From Clostridia bacterium (GTDB lineage: Bacteria; Bacillota; Clostridia; Oscillospirales; CAG-272), in contig JAFWBJ010000076.1 of assembly GCA_017507145.1 (NCBI GenBank), positions 1 to 48,498 on the forward strand: a stretch of 48,498 nt of DNA, in the 5' to 3' direction. The translations under genes were made by a program, and so were the position numbers. The notes below the pieces were generated by a model. It was given only the letters and a program-made list of their open reading frames with translations. It had not been told where the DNA came from and made no database searches. Positions 25,798-34,621 of this stretch are shown here, in pieces; the first letter of the stretch is position 1, and each line of letters starts with the position of its first letter.

Positions 25798-27645
25798 CCC
25801 CATCCGCTCAAAATCCACAAAAAAGCACTTGTACCACACAAGGAAAGTGTAAACCGTCCAGATCTTGCGCCCGTTGTTCGCACGGCCGGCGTAGTGATCG
25901 TCAAGCAACGCACAGAGCGCATCCACATCAAAAAATTCACCCGCATAATCAGCCGTAAATGCCTCGCGCACCAGCTGGTACCAGCGCTCCTCGCGCAGCC
26001 AGAAGCGGATCGGTACCGGGAAGCCCTTCTTCGGGCGGGTCGCCCATTCATCGGGCAGGGTCCGGTTGGCCGCCTTGCGCAGCACATATTTCGTGCCGCT
26101 TGCATTGATGCGGTATTTTGTCGGAATGGTCTGCGCCAGCGCCATCACCTCGCGGTCGAGGAAGGGAACGCGCAGTTCCAGCGAGTGCGCCATGCTCATT
26201 TTGTCAGCCTTGAGCAGAATGTCGCCCGGCAGCCACAGGCAGAGGTCGAGATACTGCTTCTTGGTCACCTCATCCTTACCCTTGACCTTAGCATAAATCG
26301 GCGCGCAGATCTCGCCCGGCGTCTTGCCGCCGCGGCAGTCCTCGCGCAGAACGGCCAGCGCCTCCTTCTCGGGGAAAACCCGCGCCTGCCCGATGAACCA
26401 GTCCTCAGGGCGGCCGGTGGCCTTGATGAGGAAATCATGTCCCTTGAAGTAGGGAAGCTTCTTTGCCACAGCGCCTGCCGTGCGGCGGATAAAGCCGGGC
26501 AGCTTCTTGTACTTGCGCATCATGGGCGTCTCATCGTACCACTCATAGCCGGCGAAGATCTCATCCGCCCCTTCGCCCGACAGCACAACCGTGACGTGCT
26601 CACGCGCCAGCTGTGCGAGGAAATAAAGCGGAACCGACGACGGATTCGACTGCGGCTCGTCCATGTGATATTGGATGGTCGGGAAAGCGGCAAAGCATTC
26701 CTCTGCCGTCAGCATCTTCTTGAAATTCTTGACCCCCAGGCGCGCCGACAGCTCCTCTGCCTCGGTCGTTTCGTCAAAGCGATCAACCGCAAAGCCGACC
26801 GAGAAGGTGTCATCGGGCATCAGCGTCGCCATGATGTAGCTCGAATCGACGCCGCCCGAAAGGAAAGACCCGACCGGCACATCGCTGATGCGGTGAGCCG
26901 CCACCGATGCGTGGATGCAAGCGTCCAACTGTTCGACATATTCGTCAAAACTGCCCTCACCCGCCGCAAAATCGATGTCCCAGTAGCGCTCGATGCGCAT
27001 TTCTCCGCCCATCTCCCACATGAAGCAGTGGGCCGGCGGGAGTTTGTACACACCCTCGAAGAATGTATCAGTGCCCGACGAATACTGGAAGGTCAGATAA
27101 GGCCGCAGCGCATCGCGGTTGACGGCAGGAGTGAAATCGGGATGCTCAAAGAAGCTTTTGATTTCCGAGCCGAAAAGCAGATTGCCTCCGGGAAGCTTAC
27201 TGTAATAAAACGGCTTGATGCCGAAATGGTCGCGCGCACCGAACAGCCGACGTGCACGTCGATCCCAGATGACAAAGGCAAACATTCCGCGCAGACGGCG
27301 CACCAGCGCATCGCCGCCGAATTGCTCGTAGCCGTGGACGAGGACCTCGGTGTCGGTGTTCGTGCGGAAGGTGTGTCCCGCCGCGACCAGCTCCTCGCGC
27401 AGCTCCATGAAATTGTAAATCTCGCCGTTGAAAACGATGACGACCGATCCGTCCTCATTCTGCATTGGCTGGCAGCCTGCCTGTGAGAGGTCGATGATGC
27501 TCAGCCGGCGAAAGCCCAGTGCCATGTCGTCGTCGAGATACATATCGCCCATGTCAGGGCCGCGGTGGACGATGCGCGCCATCATATGTTCCATAATCTG
27601 CGCTCTGCGGTCAATGATACCGCTGAAGCCGATAAAACCACACAT
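25795..27645 (-). CDS. asnB: asparagine synthase (glutamine-hydrolysing), AsnB family
   Basis: Start MCGFIGFSG (Ntn catalytic Cys2) after GGGAGA. Also ..SGGVDSS.. (PP-loop). About 616 aa. Confidence 0.9.
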   Translation of the reverse strand: MCGFIGFSGIIDRRAQIMEHMMARIVHRGPDMGDMYLDDDMALGFRRLSIIDLSQAGCQPMQNEDGSVVIVFNGEIYNFMELREELVAAGHTFRTNTDTEVLVHGYEQFGGDALVRRLRGMFAFVIWDRRARRLFGARDHFGIKPFYYSKLPGGNLLFGSEIKSFFEHPDFTPAVNRDALRPYLTFQYSSGTDTFFEGVYKLPPAHCFMWEMGGEMRIERYWDIDFAAGEGSFDEYVEQLDACIHASVAAHRISDVPVGSFLSGGVDSSYIMATLMPDDTFSVGFAVDRFDETTEAEELSARLGVKNFKKMLTAEECFAAFPTIQYHMDEPQSNPSSVPLYFLAQLAREHVTVVLSGEGADEIFAGYEWYDETPMMRKYKKLPGFIRRTAGAVAKKLPYFKGHDFLIKATGRPEDWFIGQARVFPEKEALAVLREDCRGGKTPGEICAPIYAKVKGKDEVTKKQYLDLCLWLPGDILLKADKMSMAHSLELRVPFLDREVMALAQTIPTKYRINASGTKYVLRKAANRTLPDEWATRPKKGFPVPIRFWLREERWYQLVREAFTADYAGEFFDVDALCALLDDHYAGRANNGRKIWTVYTFLVWYKCFFVDFERMG

Positions 27646-27796
27646 TTTTTTGTTGTCTCCCATCCGACAGGTGTGCATACCTGTACCAGTTTATCATTAT
27701 ACCACATTTTGCGCAAAAAAGAAAGAGGAATAGGTGTTTTTTTCAAAAACTGCGCGAAACCCGGCGCTCATCGCCCAAAATCGTCCAAGGCGGCAC

Positions 27797-27825
27797 TTGC
27801 CAAAGCCGTTTTTTTGTGGTATCAT
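27797..27825 (+). promoter_or_regulatory. sigma-70-type promoter candidate for hflKC
   Basis: TTGCCA, 17 nt ending in TG, TATCAT. Confidence 0.45.
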
Positions 27826-27856
27826 GTTTACATCACACAGAAAGGTGGTAGAAAAC

Positions 27857-28852
27857 ATGAATTTTACACTTCCGTATGCAGACAAAACAAAACCCCCGAA
27901 GAAGCCGATCAGCCCCGGCCGCATCCTTAAGCTGGCTGCCGTAGCCGCTGCACTGCTGATTGTGCTGGCCATCATCTCCGGCTGTTGGTACACCGTCAGT
28001 GACAAGCAGGAAGCTGTGGTCACAACCTTCGGCCGCGTGACCAACGTCACCGGCGCCGGTATGCATTTCAAGCTTCCGCTGATTCAGCATGTACAAAAGG
28101 TAGACGTCAACGTATTCCAGAAGATCTACCTCGGCTACCGCCCCGAGAGCGGCGAGTTCATTGAGGCTGAGTCGAAGATGATCACCGGCGACTTCAACAT
28201 CGTCAATGTCGATTTCTTCGTCGAGTACAAAATCTCCGACCCCGAAAAGTATCTCTTTGCCTCGGCGAATCCCGACGAGATCCTCACCAACCTTGTCCAG
28301 AGCCAGATCCGCAACGTCATCGGCTCGACCGAGGTCGACCGCGTGCTGACCACCGGCAAGAACGAGATCCAGACCCAGATCAAGGAGCTGGTCACGGCAG
28401 AGCTGGAGCAGTACGACATCGGCCTGGCGCTGACCGACGTCAAGATTCAGGACAGCGAGCCGCCGAACGCAACGGTTATCGAGGCCTTCAAGAACGTCGA
28501 GACGGCCATGCAGCTGGCCGAGACGGTCATCAACGAAGCCCGTGCTTACCAGAACTCCAAGCTGCCCGAAGCCAAGGCCCAGGCTGACAAGCTGATCCAG
28601 AATGCCGAGTACGTCAAGCGCAACCGCATCAACGAGGCAACCAAGCAGATCGCGATGTTCGAAGCGATGTACGCCGAGTATGCCCTCAACCCTGCCATAA
28701 CCCGCACTCGTATGTATTATGAGATGATCTCCGAGGTCCTGCCCGGCGTGAAGCTCTACATCGATACCGCCGAGGGCGGTACAGAGAAGCTGCTCCCGCT
28801 GGAGAGCTTCCTCGCCCCGCAGACGAACGGACAGGAGGTAACTGCAAAATGA
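27857..28852 (+). CDS. hflK: SPFH/band-7 protein HflK (FtsH modulator)
   Basis: Start ATG 27857 after AAAGGTGG. N-terminal TM helix, then ..EAVVTTFGRVTNVTGAGMHFKLP..ITGDFNIVNVDFFVEYKISDP.. Confidence 0.85.
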   Translation: MNFTLPYADKTKPPKKPISPGRILKLAAVAAALLIVLAIISGCWYTVSDKQEAVVTTFGRVTNVTGAGMHFKLPLIQHVQKVDVNVFQKIYLGYRPESGEFIEAESKMITGDFNIVNVDFFVEYKISDPEKYLFASANPDEILTNLVQSQIRNVIGSTEVDRVLTTGKNEIQTQIKELVTAELEQYDIGLALTDVKIQDSEPPNATVIEAFKNVETAMQLAETVINEARAYQNSKLPEAKAQADKLIQNAEYVKRNRINEATKQIAMFEAMYAEYALNPAITRTRMYYEMISEVLPGVKLYIDTAEGGTEKLLPLESFLAPQTNGQEVTAK

Positions 28853-29736
28853 AAAAATTCACCGCAAGACTTGTCTTGATTCTGGCCATTTTCCTGGCGT
28901 TGGTCTGCCTGTTCGGCTCGATGTATACCGTGGCCGAAAATGAGTACGCCTGCGTGGTTCGTCTTTCGAAGATCGTGGATACCATCGACAACGCCGGCCT
29001 GCATTTTAAGATTCCCTTCATCGATACCATTCGCTTCTTCCCGCGCGATGTCCAGCTTTATGACATCAACCCCTCCGAGGTGCTGACCTCCGATAAGAAG
29101 AACATGACGGTGGACAGCTATGTCATCTGGGAGATCAGCGACCCGCTGACCTTCTTCAAATCGGTTGGCACCATCGGTGAAGCCGAGCGCCGCCTGGATG
29201 CGGCGACATACACCACCCTCAAGAACGTCATGGGTACGCTGCCCCAGGCCTCCATCATCAACCAGGAGGACGGCGGCGAGCGCAACAAAATCTATGACAG
29301 CATTACGCAGAGCGTTGCCGAGGTGTCCGCACAGTACGGTATCCGCGTGGTGGACGTCAAGATCAAGCGCCTTGATCTGCCGGCCGATAATGAGCAGGCT
29401 GTCTACTCCCGCATGATCTCCGAGCGTAACCAGATGGCTGAAAAGTACAAAGCCGACGGCGAGTACGAGGCTTCCATCATCACCAACGATGTCGACAAGC
29501 AGGTCAACATCATCATCTCGGACGCACAGGCTGCCGCAGCAAAGCTGGAGGCCGAAGGTGAGGCCGAATATATGCGTATGCTGGCCGAGGCCTTCAACAC
29601 CGATGACAAGAGGAGCTTCTATCAGTTTACCCTCGCGCTGGATGCCCTGCGCGCCTCGCTGTCCGGCAGCGATAAGACCGTGATTCTGGGCGCGGATGCC
29701 GAACTGGTTAAGATGCTCATCGACCCGCAAAGCTGA
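28849..29736 (+). CDS. hflC: SPFH/band-7 protein HflC
   Basis: ATGA overlap with hflK. TM helix, then ..YACVVRLSKIVDTIDNAGLHFKIPFIDT..VDSYVIWEISDP.. Confidence 0.85.
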   Translation: MKKFTARLVLILAIFLALVCLFGSMYTVAENEYACVVRLSKIVDTIDNAGLHFKIPFIDTIRFFPRDVQLYDINPSEVLTSDKKNMTVDSYVIWEISDPLTFFKSVGTIGEAERRLDAATYTTLKNVMGTLPQASIINQEDGGERNKIYDSITQSVAEVSAQYGIRVVDVKIKRLDLPADNEQAVYSRMISERNQMAEKYKADGEYEASIITNDVDKQVNIIISDAQAAAAKLEAEGEAEYMRMLAEAFNTDDKRSFYQFTLALDALRASLSGSDKTVILGADAELVKMLIDPQS

Positions 29737-29743
29737 GCCGGCA

Positions 29744-30309
29744 ATGAAACGTGAGACCATCTACCGCATCTTCTCGCACCTGCCGGAACTGGAAACCGAG
29801 CGGCTGCTGCTCCGGCGGATGCGGGTCGACGATGCTGATGACATGTACGCCTACGCCCGGCGCAGTGATGTACCCGCTACCTGACCTGGACGCCCCACCC
29901 CGACCGTGCGTACACGCTCCAATACTTGCAGTATCTCGCCTCGCGTTACCGCATCGGTGATTTTTACGACTGGGCTGTGACCCTGCGAGACAGTGACCGG
30001 ATGATCGGCACATGCGGCTTCACCTCATTCGATTTCGCGCACAACAGCGCACAGGTCGGCTATGTGCTGAATCCCGACTACTGGGGGCAGGGCATTGCCC
30101 CCGAAGCGCTGCGCGCCGTGATGGCCTTTGGCTTCCGTGAACTTGCGCTCCACCGCATTGAGGCGCACTATATCATCGGCAACGATCACTCACGCCGCGT
30201 GATGGAGAAAGTCGGTATGACCTACGAAGGAACCCGCCGCGGCGCCATGCGCATCAAAGGCGCCTATCGCGACATCGGTGTCTGCGCGGTGCTGCGGGAT
30301 GAGGGGTAA
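29744..30309 (+). pseudogene. GNAT N-acetyltransferase (RimJ/RimL-like) with a single frameshift
   Basis: MKRETIYRIFSHLPELETERLLLRRMRVDDADDMYAYARRSDV runs into a stop at 29882-29884. The expected continuation TRYLTWTPHPDRAYTLQYLQYLASRY..GYVLNPDYWGQGIAPEAL.. is in the +1 frame through to 30309. The shift is near 29867-29872. Confidence 0.75.
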
Positions 30310-30386
30310 GGTCGCGGGGCTTTGCCCCGCACCCCACTGGGAGAGCCTTTTGAAAAAGGCTCCCCCAGACCCCCGCGAAAACTTTC
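30306..30386 (-). repeat. half-copy of the double-hairpin repeat family, inverted orientation
   Basis: GTAAGGTC, hairpin B GCGGGGctttGCCCCGC, hairpin A GGGAGAGCCTTTTGAAAAAGGCTCCCCC, then CGCGAAAACTTTC. The TAA at 30307-30309 is the GNAT stop codon. Confidence 0.65.
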
Positions 30387-30398
30387 ATAAAAAAAGAT

Positions 30399-30436
30399 GA
30401 CCTTTGTGCCAATCAAATTTGATGTGCACAAAGGTC
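30399..30436. terminator. bidirectional hairpin between the two inverted repeat halves
   Basis: AAAAAAAGAT-GACCTTTGTGC-[16-nt loop]-GCACAAAGGTC-TTTCTC. There is an A-run before and a T-rich run after, and the hairpin lies between convergent genes. Confidence 0.6.
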
Positions 30437-30450
30437 TTTCTCATTATATT

Positions 30451-30528
30451 GAAAGTTCTTGGGGGGACTGGGGGACTTCTTTCAAGAAGTCCCCCAGTGG
30501 GGTGCGGGGAAAAGCCCCGCGACCTTAC
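30451..30528 (+). repeat. half-copy of the double-hairpin repeat family
   Basis: GAAAGTTCTTGG, hairpin A GGGGGACTTCTTTCAAGAAGTCCCCC, hairpin B GCGGGGaaaaGCCCCGC, then GACCTTAC. The TTA at 30525-30527 is the stop codon of the minus-strand LRR gene. Confidence 0.65.
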
Positions 30529-31322
30529 TCGGCATAATACACAATCTGCTCGTCCTTGACGCCTTTGAGGTAGACCCCTTTGGCTTCCAGCGGCAGATGG
30601 ATCTTGACATGCGGTGACTGCGAAAAATCCTGCAGGGAGAAGAAGTCGTGCCGCGTGGTTTCGTAGGAGATATGCGGTGGGAAGCGGAAGGAGGCCAGCC
30701 GGCGGCAATCGTAGGCGACGTTCCAATCCAGGCGGGTAATGGAAGGGGAGGAGAGGTCGATGTTCTCCAGACGTGTCGCACGGAAGGCGTGCTTACCTAC
30801 CGAGCAGATGCGCTCGGCCGGATAGACGAAGTGCGTCAGTGCGTTGCAGTCGGCCACCAGATTGCGGGGGATGGCGGTCAGCGTACAGCCTTCCTCAAAG
30901 ACCAGCGATTTCAGCTTGCGGCACTTGGAGAAGCAGTAAGCTCCCACCTGTGCCAGCGAACCGAACGAGGCCTCGCGCAGGCCAGTCCCCTCAAAGACAC
31001 CCGGACCGAGCAGACGGACCATCGGCATCTGAATTGTTTCCAGCGCACCGCAGCCGGCCATTGCAAAGCCGAGAATCTCGGTGACCTGGGGAAGCGAGAT
31101 GCGGCGCAGGTTGCGGCAGTCGCGGAATGCGCAGGGCATGACGCGGCGAACCGACGGCGCTTCGACCGACTCAAGTCCGCAGCCCCAAAAGGCTTCCTCG
31201 CCAACCGAGACAACGGGAATTCCGTCAATCTCCTCCGGCAGAACCAGATGCTTGGTTTTCTCTCCCGGCGCAAATCCGGTAATTTCTATCCCCAACGGGA
31301 CTCGTGTATACTGAAAGAGCAT
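30525..31322 (-). CDS. leucine-rich repeat protein (BspA-like LRR family)
   Basis: 265 aa with repeated ~23-aa units of the type ..VGEEAFWGCGLESV.., ..MPCAFRDCRNLRRISLP.., ..GFAMAGCGALETIQMP.., ..YCFSKCRKLKSLVF... GGAGGG RBS. Confidence 0.6.
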   Translation of the reverse strand: MLFQYTRVPLGIEITGFAPGEKTKHLVLPEEIDGIPVVSVGEEAFWGCGLESVEAPSVRRVMPCAFRDCRNLRRISLPQVTEILGFAMAGCGALETIQMPMVRLLGPGVFEGTGLREASFGSLAQVGAYCFSKCRKLKSLVFEEGCTLTAIPRNLVADCNALTHFVYPAERICSVGKHAFRATRLENIDLSSPSITRLDWNVAYDCRRLASFRFPPHISYETTRHDFFSLQDFSQSPHVKIHLPLEAKGVYLKGVKDEQIVYYAE

Positions 31323-31415
31323 AAGCCCTCCTTAAATCATCAAAATACCAAAATCAAAACCTGTGCAGGAAAGTTTCCCGGGGCACTTGTACAACAAACG
31401 CCAAAGCCCCGACCG

Positions 31416-32903
31416 TCAGTCATGCGCAAACAAATCCTTGCCCGGGAAGACCGGCTCGCAGGTGAAATTCAGCCCCAGCTTGCGCAGGATACGCTCGTCA
31501 GCGGCCGTCAGCATGGTGGTCGAATGTGCCTCACAGCTGCGCAGTTCAGCCAGCTTGGTCATGGCCAGTGCGACCATGGGGTTGGTGGCGGCGCAGATGC
31601 TCAGTGCGATTAGAACCTCCTCCAGACCCAGCCGCAGGACACGGTCGCCGAACACCTCGCCCTTCAGGCGCTGAATCGGCTCAATGACAACGGGAGAGAG
31701 CAGGAAGATCTCGTCTGCGATGCCCGAGAGCACCTTGACCGAGTTGATCAGTGCTGTCGCAGGGGCGCTCATGAGATTGATCTCTTTGCCGGTGACAATT
31801 CTGCCGTCGGGCAGTTCGATCGCAAATACGGGACAGCCAACCTGAGCCGCTTTCTCCAGGGCGGGCGTCACCACACGGCGGTCGGTCGCCGTGATGCCGA
31901 CATTCTTCATCAGCAGCTCGAGATGATGCGCCGTCCCAATGTCGCCGATGCCGTTCTTGTAGTCGCACCAGGCCTTGTAGTAGCGCCGCAGGATTTCCTG
32001 ACGCGCGGCCTCGCGGCAGACCTCATCGTCGATGATGCAGTTGCCGACCATGTTGACGCCCATATCGGTGGGCGAGCGGTAGAGATCACTCTTGCCCATG
32101 ATGCGCTCGAGAATGGTCTGCACGACGGGGAAGGCCTCGACGTCTCGGTTGTAGTTGACAGTTGCCACGCCGTACGCATCAAGATGGAAGGGGTCGATCA
32201 TATTCACATCCCGCAGATCGGCCGTGGCGGCCTCATAGGCGATATTGACCGGATGCTTGAGCGGGAGATTCCAGATGGGGAAGGTCTCAAACTTGGCATA
32301 ACCGGCTTTGACGCCGCGTTTGTATTCATGATAAAGCTGGGACAGGCAGGTAGCCAGCTTGCCCGAGCCGGGACCAGGGGCGGTGACCACGACGAGAGGC
32401 CGCGTGGTTTCAATATAATCGTTGGCGCCGTAGCCCTGCTCGCTGACGATGGTATCCACGTCGTTGGGATATCCCTTGATCGAGCGGTGGATATAAACCC
32501 GTTCCCCACGCATCTCCAGCTTGTTGCGGAAGACATCGGCACCGTGCTGGCCGGTGTACTGCGTGATGACGACCGAGCTGACATAAATCCCCAGCGCGCG
32601 CAGGTTGTCCATCAGACGGAGCACATCCATGTCATAGGTGATGCCGAAATCGGCGCGGATCTTCTTGCGCTCGATATCGGCGGCGTTGATGATGATAATA
32701 ATCTCGGTCTGGTCGCGCATTTCGCGAAGCAGATTGATCTTGGCATCCGGTGCAAAGCCGGGCAGAACTCGGGCAGCATGCAGGTCATCAAAGAGCTTGC
32801 CGCCAAATTCGATATAGAGTTTGTTGTCGAAGAGCTTAACCCGTTCAAGAATTTTTGCCGACTGCGTTTTGATATAAGTCTGATTGTCAAATCCGATTTT
32901 CAT
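31416..32903 (-). CDS. DUF1846 / UPF0371 family protein
   Basis: MKIGFDNQTYIKTQSAKILERV..LYIEFGGKLFDDLHAARVLPGF.. and a length of 495 aa match the UPF0371 family as I recall it. Confidence 0.8.
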   Translation of the reverse strand: MKIGFDNQTYIKTQSAKILERVKLFDNKLYIEFGGKLFDDLHAARVLPGFAPDAKINLLREMRDQTEIIIIINAADIERKKIRADFGITYDMDVLRLMDNLRALGIYVSSVVITQYTGQHGADVFRNKLEMRGERVYIHRSIKGYPNDVDTIVSEQGYGANDYIETTRPLVVVTAPGPGSGKLATCLSQLYHEYKRGVKAGYAKFETFPIWNLPLKHPVNIAYEAATADLRDVNMIDPFHLDAYGVATVNYNRDVEAFPVVQTILERIMGKSDLYRSPTDMGVNMVGNCIIDDEVCREAARQEILRRYYKAWCDYKNGIGDIGTAHHLELLMKNVGITATDRRVVTPALEKAAQVGCPVFAIELPDGRIVTGKEINLMSAPATALINSVKVLSGIADEIFLLSPVVIEPIQRLKGEVFGDRVLRLGLEEVLIALSICAATNPMVALAMTKLAELRSCEAHSTTMLTAADERILRKLGLNFTCEPVFPGKDLFAHD

Positions 32904-33123
32904 GGATCCTACCTCGTTTCAATTTGTCGCGCGAACATAACATATCTATTTTACCACGAAACGCCGGTTTTGTAAAGGGAAAAAGCGAAGTCAAGACGAA
33001 AAAATGCAGAAAATATTCCTCGTCTGATTTTACATAAATCGGTTCGGTATTCACATTGAGTTCACATCCGTGCGCTATAATCATAGAGATTGGATGGCAA
33101 ATGCCGTCCGGAACGGAGGAATT

Positions 33124-34086
33124 ATGTTGCAAAACAACGCAAATACATCCTGCCCGGCCAAAAAGACATCAATTGGCGGACAGGCATTAATTGAAGGAAT
33201 TATGATGCGCGGGCCGAAGCAGTCGGCTATGGCGGTCCGCAATCCCGCTGGCGAGATCGTGCTGGAAAAATGGGAGACGACCTCAACCTTCCGGGCAAAA
33301 TTTTTCAAGCTGCCCATTATCCGCGGTGTCTTCAATTTTATCGATTCCATGGTCTCGGGCTATAAGTGTCTGATGCGTTCGGCTGAGATCGCCGGCCTGG
33401 AGGAGGAAAGTTCTTCGGCCGATGGGGAAGAGAAGAAGGGCATCAGCGCATTTGCCATGAACGCCCTGATGGTGATCGCATCGGTGCTGGGCGTTGCTCT
33501 GGCCGTCTTTCTCTTTATGTTTCTGCCGGTGCAGATCTACAGCTGGATCGCCAAAGCCGTCCCCGGCCTTGAGGACAACCGCTTCCTGCGCAGTCTCTTC
33601 GAGGGCCTTCTGCGCATCGCAATTTTCCTCGGCTATATGCTGCTGGTCACCCTGATGAAGGATATCCGCCGCACCTTCCAGTACCACGGTGCTGAGCATA
33701 AGACCATTTTCTGCTACGAGCACGGACTCCCGCTGACGGTGGAGAATGTGCGCAAAGAGGGGCGCTTCCATCCCCGCTGCGGTACCTCGTTTTTGGTGCT
33801 GATGCTGTTGGTGGGCATCCTCATTTCGCTCTTTATCCCCCCCAATCTGCCCACGCTGCTGCGCACGGCCATCAAGCTCCTGACCCTGCCGCTGGTGATG
33901 GGCATCGGCTATGAGCTGATCAAGCTGGCCGGCCGTAAGGATAACCTGCTCACCCGCATCATCTCGAAACCCGGCATCTGGATGCAGCATCTGACCGTCC
34001 TTGAGCCGACCGACGATATGATCGAGTGCGCTATCGCCGCCTTTGTCGAGGTTATCCCCGAAGACGAGAAAAGCGATAACTGGTGA
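33124..34086 (+). CDS. DUF1385 (YqhQ-like) membrane protein
   Basis: Start ATG 33124 after GGAGG. ..IGGQALIEGIMMRGP..FQYHGAEHKTIFCYE..HPRCGTSFL.. is the DUF1385 signature. Confidence 0.85.
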   Translation: MLQNNANTSCPAKKTSIGGQALIEGIMMRGPKQSAMAVRNPAGEIVLEKWETTSTFRAKFFKLPIIRGVFNFIDSMVSGYKCLMRSAEIAGLEEESSSADGEEKKGISAFAMNALMVIASVLGVALAVFLFMFLPVQIYSWIAKAVPGLEDNRFLRSLFEGLLRIAIFLGYMLLVTLMKDIRRTFQYHGAEHKTIFCYEHGLPLTVENVRKEGRFHPRCGTSFLVLMLLVGILISLFIPPNLPTLLRTAIKLLTLPLVMGIGYELIKLAGRKDNLLTRIISKPGIWMQHLTVLEPTDDMIECAIAAFVEVIPEDEKSDNW

Positions 34087-34100
34087 TATTTTAAGCATAA

Positions 34101-34134
34101 GAAGAAGCAGCTGCCGCGGCAGCTGCTTCTTTTT
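34101..34134. terminator. bidirectional hairpin terminator
   Basis: GAAGAAGCAGCTGCC-gc-GGCAGCTGCTTCTTTTT. Confidence 0.75.
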
Positions 34135-34163
34135 ATCTTCTTCAAATTCCTTTGTGTTGATGA

Positions 34164-34562
34164 CTATAATTCAAAAATTGAGACATCGGATTCCATCGCA
34201 TGTTTAACTTTTTTTAATGCTTCAATCGCTTCTTCTCTGCTGGGATAATACGCTATATTTTCCCAACTGCTGATTCTGGTTTGAATCATCAAAGAAGAAC
34301 CATCGACACGGAGTCCACCATAGCAAATCAGCAATTTGGCCTTGTCGGGACTAAACACTTTCATATGTTGTTTAGGCCGAACAATGGTGCCGTCTTTCAG
34401 AACAAATTCAAAATCAGACAAACTTTCAACGAATGCCTCGGGTATTGCATCCTGTACAGCACAAGTAACGGCATCTTCAATCATGTCTTCCAGCATGTCT
34501 TCCAGTCGGGAAGACAGTTCATCCATCATCTCGTCCGAATCAAAGCTTTTGTCTTCTTTCAT
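34164..34562 (-). CDS. hypothetical acidic protein in an AT-rich islet
   Basis: 132-aa ORF. The N-terminal ~45 aa are strongly acidic (EDKSFDSDEMMDELSSRLEDMLEDMIEDAV). Hand-counted GC of two 60-nt lines is about 32% and 47%, against above 60% in neighbouring genes. Confidence 0.5.
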   Translation of the reverse strand: MKEDKSFDSDEMMDELSSRLEDMLEDMIEDAVTCAVQDAIPEAFVESLSDFEFVLKDGTIVRPKQHMKVFSPDKAKLLICYGGLRVDGSSLMIQTRISSWENIAYYPSREEAIEALKKVKHAMESDVSIFEL

Positions 34563-34621
34563 AAATCTGCCAACTCCTCTGTCAAATCCCGATTTGTTGA
34601 ATACGGCTGCTTCGATTGCGT

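Noticed and set aside
31355-31412. Possible sixth, degenerate copy of the repeat family (GGAAAGTTTCCCGGGGC...AAAGCCCCGACC) between the LRR gene and the DUF1846 gene.
   Set aside because: Only the GGAAAGTTT head and a CGGGGC/GCCCCG pair resemble the family. Hairpin A is missing and the similarity is too short to separate from chance without a formal model.
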